From NCBI GenBank assembly GCA_010909165.1, contig MU008163.1:1922001-1986000 (forward strand): a stretch of DNA of 64,000 nt. Direction: 5' to 3'. The position numbers and the translations under genes are program-made. The stretch comes from Anthoceros angustus. Its lineage: Eukaryota > Plantae > Anthocerotophyta. The notes beneath the pieces are model-generated. The model was not told where the DNA came from, ran no database searches, and saw only the letters and a program-made list of their open reading frames with translations. How positions within the stretch are numbered: the stretch's first letter is position 1; each line of letters starts with the position of its first letter. Below are positions 1-10,507 of the stretch, piece by piece.

Positions 1-206
1 CAGGTTGTGCCACAACCTCTGTGACGAAGGAAGGGGGATGGATCATGGAAGGGAGGAAGAAGGGAACCTGGAGGGTTTAGTGGGTTGACATCACGTGTGG
101 AGGGGCAGAGTGCCGTAACACACCTTCTTCTTCCAGACCTTTGGAGTGACGCCATGAGACCATGGGAACACCTGGCAGCATGGAAGCAACGGAGTGTTGG
201 GCCAGT

Positions 207-258
207 CCAGCCGAGCCCAGCCGAGCCCAGCCCAGCCCCGCCCAGCCCCGCCCAGCCC
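207..258. repeat. Imperfect pentanucleotide microsatellite (CCCAG/CCGAG/CCCCG)n
   Basis: ccagccgagcccagccgagcccagcccagccccgcccagccccgcccagccc read directly. Confidence 0.85.
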
Positions 259-1155
259 GGTCTTTGTGGAGTCCTTGTGGGTCGCTGGATCGTTTGTCCT
301 TGTGGAATCTGGTTGTATCTGTGGGGAATTTGAGAGGGGATTGGTGGTGCTAGTACACAGCACTTTCTCCCCTTCTCCTCATGAGGTTACTGGGTTTTGC
401 GAGCAGCTCAGGCTGGGTGTGGAATATGTGTAGATGAGTCAGATAAAGGATTGTATGTACATGTGTAAATCCATGCACAGCCACTGTAACTGCTTCTCGT
501 GGCAGCGGACCCGGAAATGTTTTGGTTTTCAGCGCTTTGCAGTGTTTGTATGGTTAGCGCCGTACCATATCCATTTGGTCTGCTGAGCTCTAAGAGTACT
601 TACATGACTCAAGCAGCTTCCACAAGGTCACCTGATGAGGTATAAGCAAGGGTGTGGTACTGTACATGGAGCCCTTCGCTTCATACTCCTCCAGGTGTAC
701 TTCGTACGTAAGCCGGGAGAGATGCCTCCGGTTTCCCTCCCATGCAGCAGCCCACTCCGTCTTTCCGTTCCAGTCTGGAATTCTACTGTCTACTGCCGCT
801 ACGGTTTTCCTTCTACTGCTACTGTGCCCACAAGGGGCAACCAAACGAGGCCAAGGCAAGGCAAGGCAAGGCAAGAGAAGGCAGGACAAGGCAGATGCAC
901 CTCAAGCTGTGGGCAGAGTGCAGATCCAGGGCAACCACTCCAGTCCTGCGCTCAAGCGTGCCACCAGCCCGAAGTTGTCCCATGCAACCGGCCCCATCTA
1001 GAAACTTCTGGGAGACGGGTGTTATCTCCACATGTTTCCAGATAAGGCATCTGAGCGCGTGTTTGGACGCTAGCGGATGCGTGCGAGACAAATTCGGGAA
1101 GTCATGGCCAGTCGATCCCGCATCGATGGTTGTGCTTGACTTCATTATCGAATAA

Positions 1156-1272
1156 GATGGTTTGCTTTTGGGTTTGGCTAACCTTTCTTGAATGGATGGT
1201 TTGCTTTTGGGTCTGGCTAACCTTTCTTGAATGGATGGTTTGCTTTTGGGTCTGGCTAACCTTTCTTGAATG
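1156..1272. repeat. 39-bp tandem repeat x3
   Basis: gatggtttgcttttgggt(t/c)tggctaacctttcttgaatg starts at 1156, 1195 and 1234. Confidence 0.9.
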
Positions 1273-2323
1273 GATATCTGGAGGAAGACTGGGCCGGCTT
1301 TGCTGGAGGCGAAGTGAGCTAGGGAGCTTTCAGACGGGGGAATTCGACATCTTGAGAAGGTGGGTGCTTGATGGACAGACGACTCGAGTGTCATGAATGT
1401 GATTGTTAAGCATATGTTGAGGATAGGTGGACTTGTGTATCAATCCTGTTGAAGGTAGGCATGAAGAGACTGCAGGTCACTGCTGGAGATCCATCCTGCT
1501 CGTTGTTTAGCAACACAGCAGATCACCTCCTGTTACCGAGGTTCATTTAAGAAATTGTCTTGCTCAGCAGTAAGAACGAGGGCAGTCAGCCATCCTGCCT
1601 TGCTTCACCCCAGTTCCTCCGCCTTGGAGGATGTCCTGTCGGGAGTGTGTATCTTGACTCACCATTCACCTGGAAGAGCAGGCTGCCACATCCAGTTATG
1701 CAGCAGTGGGAACGTAGGGTGTCCCTTTCCTCTCCGCCTAGGTCACTTTGCCAGCTAAGGAAGGTGTTCCTCAGACTACCGTCCATGTTACATCTAGACT
1801 TGTCCTGTCCATAAAAGTCTCCTACCCGGATCCTCTGCTGCTTTCCTCCATCTGGATCTTACCTGCAATGACGGGGATCCTCCTACTGTCACCAAGCCTT
1901 GGCCACACAAAGCATGCCACAAAAATCCTCCAAAACAACTTGTTGGGCGGCTGCCCAAATTGTCACATGTGCATGTCCAGTCTGCACCCGCCACATGCAT
2001 CGTAGCCTGATAGGTAGCTGAAACCAGCTACTCTTCAGGTAAGAGTAGCTGGTTTCAAGAATCTGCACTCACCAGAAACCACTGGTGCTTCACGCCACAG
2101 GCTGTCCAGCGGTTCCAAAAGCTCCTGGAGCCTTCAATTAGCCAATTAGCTGCACGGGATGCCATCTCCTCCTTAGATGAAACCACTGCGGTGATTGTCA
2201 CACTTCGTGCTCTGCTTGGCGAACACCCTCAACGATGACACATTTCGCCTTTCGTCCATCTGGATCTGTAGCATTATTTCGGTGTTTTTTCTTCGTGCTG
2301 TTTAATAGATTTTGCTAACTGGT

Positions 2324-2397
2324 GGGGATCTAGCTCAGACGGTTGAGCATCCTCATGAGATTAGAGGAGCCCGGGTATCGAGACCCTACATCTCTTA
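2324..2397 (+). pseudogene. Degenerate tRNA-Ala-derived sequence (pseudogene or SINE head)
   Basis: GGGGATCTAGCTCAGACGGTTGAGC...GGGTATCGAGACCCTACATCTCT aligns with plant cytosolic tRNA-Ala (GGGGATGTAGCTCAGATGGTAGAGC...GGGGATCGATACCCCGCATCTCCA). D-stem GCTC/GAGC is intact; the anticodon arm is non-canonical. Confidence 0.7.
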
Positions 2398-3387
2398 TGG
2401 TGTAACGAATGCGTCATGCAATATTTTGCCTTGGACCAAGCGGACTGCTGCTGGTGGCCGGCTGGCCACCGCTCGTATTTTCTCTGTTCGTTAATCTACT
2501 TAAGCGAATTTATCACCACAAGAAACCGTCACAACGAGCAAATCTCTTTTTTGGGTAGTGTGCAAACGAGCAGATTTTGTTCCCTTGATCGGTTTGCTCA
2601 ACTAGTTGGCTGATCGTTTGCCTGATTGACGATATTATTGACAGTGCATGAATTCACCCACAAGGTAGCAAGTCCAAGAGCGAGTCCAAGCTGCTGGTTA
2701 GTGCAAGGAGGGAGGGCACAGGACTGTACGGACGTGTTCATACATGTATGCTCACCATGCCTATTTGAATAGGCGGTTATGATCAGATGCTTCTAATCCC
2801 ACCAATCAGAGCCAACATGAGTCCCCTAAAGGAGGCTCATGTCTCATATTCGTCTGCCAAGAACTGCACCCACATGGTACACTCTGTTGTGCTTGTCTTC
2901 CCATCAGAGACACACGAAAATGATGCTAAGCCAGCTTTTCACACAACTCTTACTTCGAGAAAGTGAAACTCCTCTTTTATTTGGTTCTGAGGGAGTTTTA
3001 CCAAGCTTCCTGTCCGAAAAGCAGACCAGCAGAGTTTGCTGCTGGATACAGGTCGCCAATGTCAAGAGCCCGGTCTGGCCTTGTTTTTAATGGCTCTACA
3101 GGGTCTCTTTCAGATCAGAAGCAAGGTTTGGAATGGCCAATGGTCGGGCAGATGGTGCGGTCCCTTCAGCTCTTGCTCTCGGGGGCAGTGGAATCTCTGA
3201 GAACTCGGTCCTCCTTCGAGAATGCGCCTGTCCTAGCACATGTAACCCAGGAACACTGAGGGCTCGTGGATGTTCCTCTGCATCTCAGAAAGGCACAGAA
3301 GCATGAGCCTGATTAGGTGTGGTGTGAAGGCACTCATGCTTTTCCCCGAAAACAAGAGTACGGATTTGTACGCAAGGTTGTGTAGTA

Positions 3388-3410
3388 GGGGATGTAGGTC
3401 AGATGGTAGA
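3388..3410 (+). pseudogene. 5' part (nt 1-23) of an interrupted tRNA-Ala(AGC) gene
   Basis: GGGGATGTAGGTCAGATGGTAGA matches the plant tRNA-Ala 5' end at 22/23 positions. Confidence 0.85.
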
Positions 3411-5209
3411 CCTAGCTCAGTCGGTAGCGTGGTGAGCGGAGTGGAATGGGGAGCATGGATGTGGCTTGAGGGTGGGCAGTGCGGATGCGTTGTGAGGTGA
3501 TGTGTAGTGTCCGGTAATGAGGGGGGTGCGAGGCCCGGGGCGATGGTGTGTATGTGTTAGGCGTTCCTCGGGATTAGGGTTTCCGTGGGCCCTGTGCAGT
3601 GTCTGTCTGATTTTTCAAAATGGCGTCCCTGTTCTCGGCTCCTTCGGATTCTCATCCTACGTTTGTGAAACCTACGGGAAAGTTTGTGGACACCAGGTTG
3701 ATTGCGCTGGAGCTTGAGGTAAAAGCCTTGGAAACTAAAGCTTGTTGATTGCGCTGGAGCTTCAGGTAAAAGCCTTGGAAACTAAAGCTTGTGATACCAG
3801 GTTGATTGCGCTGGAGCTTCAGGTAAAAGCCTTGGAAACTAAAGCTTGTTGATTGCGCTGGAGCTTCAGGTAAAAGCCTTGGAAACTAAAGCTTGTTGAT
3901 ACGACGTTGATTGCGCTGGAGCTTAAGTAAAAGCCTTGGGAACTAAGGCTTGTTGACAGCAGGTTGATTGTGCTGGAGCTTCAGGTAAAAGTCTTGAAAA
4001 CTAAGTTTGTATAGGACTTGGAGCTTGAGGTAAAAGTCTTGGAAACTAAGTTTGTATAGGAGTTGGTTCAAAAGATACAAAAATTGTGGCTGAGTTGGAT
4101 CAAAAATTATAACAGGATGTGGCTAAGTTGGATCAAGAAACTAGTGAATTATTTGATTGCTAGGCTTTCCAGTCTGTCCTTCAGGACCCCTCCTTGTGCT
4201 GATAGGGATTGGTTAATGAAGTCTGCTCTTAAAGATAGTGCCCAAGGTTTAAAGAAGGCTTTCACGCTTTCGCATGGAGGAATTACATATTTTGTTCGAT
4301 CAAAGATAAAGCAAGTCCCGGCGGTTTGGGAAAGGTTTTTACAAAGTTATTGATTCTAAATAGTAGCGATTATTAGGCTTATGAATGATAAATTGCAGGG
4401 ACATCTGAAACTACGAAGATATGTTTATGATTTGTCCTTTGGTTTTGCCAACCGGGTGAATGATCTCTCTCTGCAATTTCGAGAACAAGAGGTGAAGAAA
4501 ATTCCTTTCACCTGAAAAGTTGAGGACAAGGCTATAGGTTTGGAACATTCTTCATATAACCATCGAGAGAAATTACTTTTGGGTCACAAGCCTCCAGAGA
4601 TTACGGCAGTCCCTCCTTCCACAAAATGTTTTTTAGAAACTTCGGACCGGACCCGCCGTGCTTTGAATTTATGCTTTTCTAGTTTCTGGTTCTCATATTT
4701 AGGATCGGCTTGTTGCTGCTATCGAGTTTCTCAGCCGGTTACGGGTTAACGTGGCTATTCCACTTGCCTTTTGGCTGGGAAAGGATCCAAGCTGGGAACG
4801 CACTGTACTCTTGACTTTCCGTTCTTTGGTCGATCGGCTTCTAGTTTTGAAGGCAAGGACTACTTTGCGGGAAACAACCTTGTATATCAATGAGGACACT
4901 ACCCCATTGCAGTGGCAAAATAAGAAGGAGAAATTGCTTGCCTTTAAGGATGCTCTTGTCTTGGGACAAGTGGCCTTTTTTGGTGATGATGAGTTGGTTG
5001 TTTTGGAGCCTCGTCCTCGACCTCTTTGTGACAGTGTTCATTGATTATTTTGATTGCCTTCTTGTTTGCATCACACACTGTTACCGTCCCTCTAGTTCAC
5101 ACGATCGTATGTGCACTCAATTTTTCACCTTTTTACATTGTACTATGTCTCTCCCATGATGATGTGTCCATCCACAGTCGACATAAAATAAAATTGTTGT
5201 TGTTGTTGT
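3411..5209 (+). mobile_element. Non-autonomous ORF1-only LINE derivative inserted in tRNA-Ala
   Basis: Frameshifted ORF from ATG 3620: coiled-coil repeats (DTRLIALELQVKALETK, VAELDQKL), then DRTRRALNL and RTVLLTFRSLVDRLLVLKARTTLRETTLYINEDTTP...QVAFFGDDELVV (stop 5044), resembling the L1/CR1-type ORF1p RRM-CTD. Followed by a short 3' UTR, AATAAA and (TTG)6 at 5194-5211. TGGTAGA is duplicated at 3404-3410 and 5210-5216. No ORF2. Confidence 0.8.
3697..4060 (+). repeat. 47/57-bp tandem repeat (~7 copies) inside the ORF1 coiled-coil region
   Basis: gttgattgcgctggagcttcaggtaaaagccttggaaactaaagctt at 3697, 3744, 3801, 3848, ~3906, ~3963, plus a partial copy. Confidence 0.9.
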
Positions 5210-5216
5210 TGGTAGA

Positions 5217-5266
5217 GCGCTTGCTTAGCAGGCTAGAGGAGTGGGGATCCATATTTTGCATGTCCA
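5217..5266 (+). pseudogene. 3' part (nt 24-73) of the interrupted tRNA-Ala(AGC) gene
   Basis: GCGCTTGCTTAGCAGGCTAGAGGAGTGGGGATCCATATTTTGCATGTCCA aligns without gaps to the tRNA-Ala 3' part; anticodon AGC at 5227-5229; about 12 substitutions. Confidence 0.85.
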
Positions 5267-5524
5267 CTTGACCATGAGAAGTCATCAAAACAGATCCAAG
5301 CTACTATATCAGTCTTATTTTGGAGAATATGATAGAATCTGACTGATAAATTCTTTTCCGCCTTATTCTGGAAAATACAACTACTTTTTAAAGCTAGAAA
5401 CTTGACGAGTAAAGTAGTTTTTTTTTCACATATTCTTGAAATATTTTTGACAAATCAAATAACTTACTTGAAATGTGAAACTATAACAAAGCGCTAAAAA
5501 TAATATATATCATTATGTACATAT

Positions 5525-5999
5525 GGGGTACCCATCTCGTCACGAAGGAGGTTCTTATACTTTTTGTTTTTTCTAAGGGTGAGGTGGAGCACCAGCTAGT
5601 TTGGTGTGGCCAACTGGAGCTCCAGCAGGCAAATCGAGCCAGCTGGTGCTTCACCTCTGGTCATGCAAGTTGATCACCAAGTTGATCAATTGGTAGCAAA
5701 TCTCCGCCTAATCAGGTTCAGCGGCTGATAAAGGCCGGTTGATTGCTGCGCAGATCCATCCTCGCAACAACCAGACCGTCATAGACAGGGCAGGCGATCG
5801 CCGCGATCAGAACTGTTGCCATCGCCAGGCCGATCGCTCGTGGCTTGCCCATTACAGCGATCAGGTCTGCTGGAGCATTAGCTGCCTTGGTTCGCCGTGC
5901 TGAAGCTCCAGCTTGGTGAATCGGGCCAATTGGTGCTCCACCTCACCATCAGAAAAATAAAATGTATAACAACTTCCTTTGTGACGAGATCGGTAGGCC
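5525..5999. mobile_element. MITE with ~100-bp imperfect terminal inverted repeats
   Basis: Left end GGGGTACCCATCTCGTCACGAAGGAGG...GGTGAGGTGGAGCACCA versus right-end reverse complement GGCCTACCGATCTCGTCACAAAGGAAG...GGTGAGGTGGAGCACCA. ATAT flanks both sides (5521-5524, 6000-6003). Confidence 0.8.
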
Positions 6000-6407
6000 A
6001 TATGTTAGTCAATTATTCTAGATTCTAAAATTATTTGTCTATATATGTATTAAATTGGAAATATCCTTCAAATATTTTTGATGAAGACCTAGTAGAGTAA
6101 CTTGCTTGAACTGCGAACCTATAACTAAGCGCTAAGTTGCTAGTAATAATACACTATCATTATACCGAGACTCCAAAGTTTTCCGTCTAAATATGTACTG
6201 TGTGCGGCAGGTGCTGAGTAGGAAATAGGACAGGCTGCATACAGGTAGGTAGGGCTTGGGATTGACCTAACGTTATACCCTCAAGCCCGCCAAAACCTCA
6301 GCCCTAGTGACTTGAGTTGGAGCTTGTTGAGTAGTGTAGTGTGTTGGAGACACGATGTAGCGCGGAGCGTGGAATAGAAGCGATTTCATGCGCCGCGGCG
6401 GGACACA

Positions 6408-9400
6408 ATGCTGGAGCTGCATCACTACCGGCAGATTGAGTGGAGTCCATCGCCCGTGGTGGCGCTTGCAGCCAGTGTGGATGGCACCGTCGTTGCGGCT
6501 GCAAGGGACAGTGGGGCTATTGAAGTCTGGATTGTTGCGCCGGGCGCTGTAGGATGGCACCGCCAATTGGTATGGGATTCTGCCAGGGTTTAGGTTTTGT
6601 GCTGGAAGGCGTCGGCGCCGCCTGCGTCTGCACTGGGTCTTGCTGGAATTGTAGGTGAGCTGCCTTGAGCAGGAGGTGGAATGCTCACGTGGTGATTTCT
6701 TTTGGCGGGCAGGTGTTTCCTGGACAGCAAGAGGCGGCGATTTCTTCTTTGGTGTGGTGCTACTCGGAGTCGTGTCGATTAGGACGGTTATTCTCTGCTG
6801 GATTGGATGGATTCGTTACTGAATGGGATCTGAAGACGCTGCTCTCGAAGGTGTGTTTTTTGGGGGCTTGTTTATTGCAGGATTCTGGCATTGTGAGTGG
6901 GGGGAAAGTGGGCTGAAATCTGTGTCTTGGGTTGTGCAGCATGTCTCGGATTCGCATGGAGGTCCAGTCTGGCATCTAGCTGCCGAGCCGGTCCGGAATG
7001 GATCCCAAGTGCAAGGGGCTGGCGGAGTGGAAAGGTCCGGTGCTCACGTGGGGACTGACAGTGATGATGATAGCGATGTTGAGAGCAGCCGTGGGTCTGA
7101 TGACGACGATGACGGAGATCAGGAACTCTTCACAGAACAGAGGGTCGCTGTGGGCTGCGACGATGGTTGTGTGCGCCTCTTTGTTGTTAGAGACGCAGAG
7201 AATGGCATGCATTACCAGCGAACTTTTCCAGGGGTCAAAGGTGAGTCAGGGGTCAACGGGAATCATCCGTATGATGATACCGGCGTCCTTGATGACTCTT
7301 CGTTGCCAGTTGCCTCGTGGCTGAAGTGTTTGCCTTCTTGTGCAGCTCGAATATTGTCAGTTGCCTGGAGCACGGATGCAACAAGGGTTTATGCTGGAAG
7401 TTCAGACGGGTATGTTCGCTATGACGTGCATGAAAGCTAACCTGCTTTTTCAGCAGCTGTGTTGAGATTCCGACAAGGAATTTGAAACTGATCGTGCTCA
7501 TGGTTTTCCAGGTGTATTCGCTGCTGGGATGTTGGAAGCCTGCGAGAGTTGTACAGAATAACAGCTGGTGTTGGAGGCCTCGGTGGGGGGTCAGACCTTT
7601 GTGTGTGGTCTCTCTTGGTTCTCAGGTGGGTTGACTGGTTTGAGATTGGTGTACTGTCTCATGGGCAGTCTCATGTAATCTAAATTCAGGAAGGGCAGAG
7701 CCCTAGCTAATGGGTACTGCAGGCACCATTAAAAAAAATTGCATGCTGGTCTGTACCAGGGTGTATGAGCATGGTGCAAAAGCAATGTCGCCTACTTCTA
7801 AAGTGAACCTGACAGTCCAGATGATTGTTCACGTGACAGTAGGAGCAACATTTGAATGGCTTTGGGTTGCCCAATTTGATCATTTGTGTTTCTTGGTCAA
7901 AGCTTTTGATGATTTTTATTTGTATTCAGTGGAGCAAGTAGTCATCAGATTATCTCGTTTGTTGGCTTGTAGCAGTGCTGTGACTTCTCACGTGGGTCTC
8001 CTTGTTGAATGCATCCCATACAATCCTTGGGAACAGCAGATGGATGTGCTGAGGGCTGTCCAGTTGAGATTGCCAGTGTGGCTTGGTACTACATGCTAGT
8101 GACATGATCTGGCAATTTGCATGTGTGCTGTTCAGGGATGGAACTCTGGTCAGTGGAGATAGCTCAGGAACTACACAGTTTTGGGACAGCCGTCAAGGGA
8201 CCCTTCTTCAGGCGTACAAACACCATAAAGCAGACGTCCTTGCTCTGGCTTCAGGTGCTGCGCATCGTGAAGTATTTGCTGCCGGAGCTGATGGGCAGGT
8301 ATGGCAAATGCCTCCTTGGTGGCAAATGTGCGTGGTAGTTTTGCATTCCTTCTGTACTTGTTTCGCTATCTGTGAACTGAACAACTCTGTGGACTGGCTA
8401 CAGATCTCCCTCTACAGGCTTGTGACTCCAAGCACCAGGTCAACAGAGCAGAGTGACTCACTCATTCGTGCTGGGGAGAAGTGGGTTTTTTCTGGCAGCA
8501 AGCGAGCTCATACTCATGATGTCAGGGCATTGACAGTTGCACACCCCCTGGTTGCAGAAGAAGGTATGTCTCACAGCTGTATCGATTCCAGAGGTGTTGC
8601 AGGTGTGCCGGTTGCCTATGCTATACGTAATATCTTTGTTGCCTCTGCAGGAGTAACAACGGAAGCAGAACACAGGAAGAAGTCACGCAGGCAAAAACCT
8701 TCTCAAGTCAGGGCTGACTACCAGAAATGGGCAATGCCGGGGATTCCCATGCTTGTATCTGGTGGCAATGACTCAAAGCTTTTCACCTACCCGGCCCATG
8801 CATTCTTGAACTTTCATCCTCATGATATCTGCATCGCCCCAGAGAGCCCATGGTTTCAGGTTGTACGTGACTCCTCTGGGGCCGCATTGGTCATGTCTCA
8901 GCATGCCTGCCATTTGGACGTTTGGAGAGTGAGTTCAAACTCTCTCTTGGTGTCTACGGCTGGCAACGGAAATGGCAATGGTCATGGGCTGAAAAGAGAG
9001 GGTAGCCTCCTTGGAAGGAGGAAAAGGGAGCTTGTCAATGGTGCCAAAGAAAATGGGCATGCATTGACGAATGGAAATGGTGCAGGGTTAGGTCTGCAGG
9101 ATCTGAAAAGGTTGAAGGGTGACCGTAATACCAAATTTGCAAAGGCGAGTGTGAGATTTGATAAAGCTGAAGCTGCGCCTCCTGAACATCTGGTCAGGAT
9201 AAAATCCAAGGAAAGAGCCCACATATCTTGCAGTGCAATTTCCTCGGATGGGGCTTTTGTGGCCTTTTCTTGTCTCTCCAAGACTCGGCTGGTCCACATA
9301 ACGCAGAAGCGCAAAGATGGTGGTACCTCAGAGGCGTGGGAGATCAAGAAGGTGAAGATCCCTCAGAATTTGCCAACAGCCCATAAACTGGCCTTCAGCT

Positions 9401-10507
9401 CCGACTCCTCACGTTTGCTAGTTGCTGGGCCGCACGGGTTAATTGTGGTATGGTGGCCTTAATGTCTTCTGCCTGTGCAGTCACATGTGACCGGCAGCTG
9501 CTTCTTGTTGCTAGCCCCTTACAGTTTTGTTTCATTTCCAGGTCGTGGATATAGAGAATGCGGAGGTCCTAAGGAAATTCGACATGTTTGTGGACCAAGT
9601 GGATTCCCCAGTGAGCTTGTTATCCACAAGTCTGGACGGTCAGTGGCTCGCTGCTGTAACTAGTGCAGGGCACATCTGCGTCTACAACTTAGAGACTTTG
9701 AGGTAAGCCTTTTTTCGAAGGTCGTCTGAGTGCACTTAGTATGTTGGCTTCAGAGGATTTGGTGAAAACATTTCTGAATGTGGTTTGAATTAACTTCCTG
9801 CACCTGCAGGCACCACTGGTCTATTCCTGCATTGGATGGAGCTTGTGTTACTGCTGCTGTATTCCACCCAGGGAGCAGCAACGTGCTTGTTGTTGGTACT
9901 GCAAATAACCAACTGCACTTGCTTGACATCGAAGCGAAAATGTTAAGCAATTGGTCCAAGAAATATGGATCACAGCTACCCCAGGAATTCTTGGAATTCC
10001 CCGGAGGCCTCTCTGGTCTTTCCATGCCTCCATCAGCTAATGCTACATCCTTGATTGTTTACAGCCCTAGGTACGGCTACCAACCATCTCTTGCAGTATG
10101 CTGGCTCGCTTGTCTTGCTCATGTTGCAGCGTGAGATTCTTTCATTGCCCCCTCCCCCGATCTACGCTGAATTCAGCTGGCTGCTCTGTTGTTCCAGGGC
10201 TATGTGTTATGTGGATTTTCTGAAACCTGTTGGTGAAGTAAGCACAACAGAAGCATACAAGCCCGACGAGGCGTCGCCATCCAAAATCAGCGCGAAAGCA
10301 GGGAATCACACCGTGGCTAACGGTCATCACTCTGCACCGAGGAGGAAAGAAGCCTCCGAGAAGAATTTTGTTATAGCTCGCTTTGAGGAACCAGTACTTT
10401 TCTTGTGCCATGTTTCAGAGGATTCAGTGTTTGTAGTAGAGAAACCTTGGATAGAAGTGCTGCACCAGAGACCCGCTCCTGTATTCAGGCATCTCTATGG
10501 GACTTGA
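6408..10507 (+). CDS. UTP4: WD40-repeat U3 snoRNP/SSU processome protein UTP4 (POPCORN/PCN homologue), multi-exon
   Basis: N-terminus [12 protein letters not shown]...[21 protein letters not shown]; motifs [10 protein letters not shown] and FHPHDIC; C-terminus [13 protein letters not shown] introns, e.g. 6570-6712, 6851-6939, 7241-7345, 7410-7511, 7626-8135. Confidence 0.92.

Noticed and set aside
1-2290. Possible degraded retroelement upstream of the tRNA-like sequence
   Set aside because: Looks like decayed TE or coding DNA, but I could not identify gag, RT, integrase or LTR motifs.
3697-4060. CRISPR-like repeat array
   Set aside because: No unique spacers, eukaryotic context, and the repeats translate to the ORF1 coiled coil.
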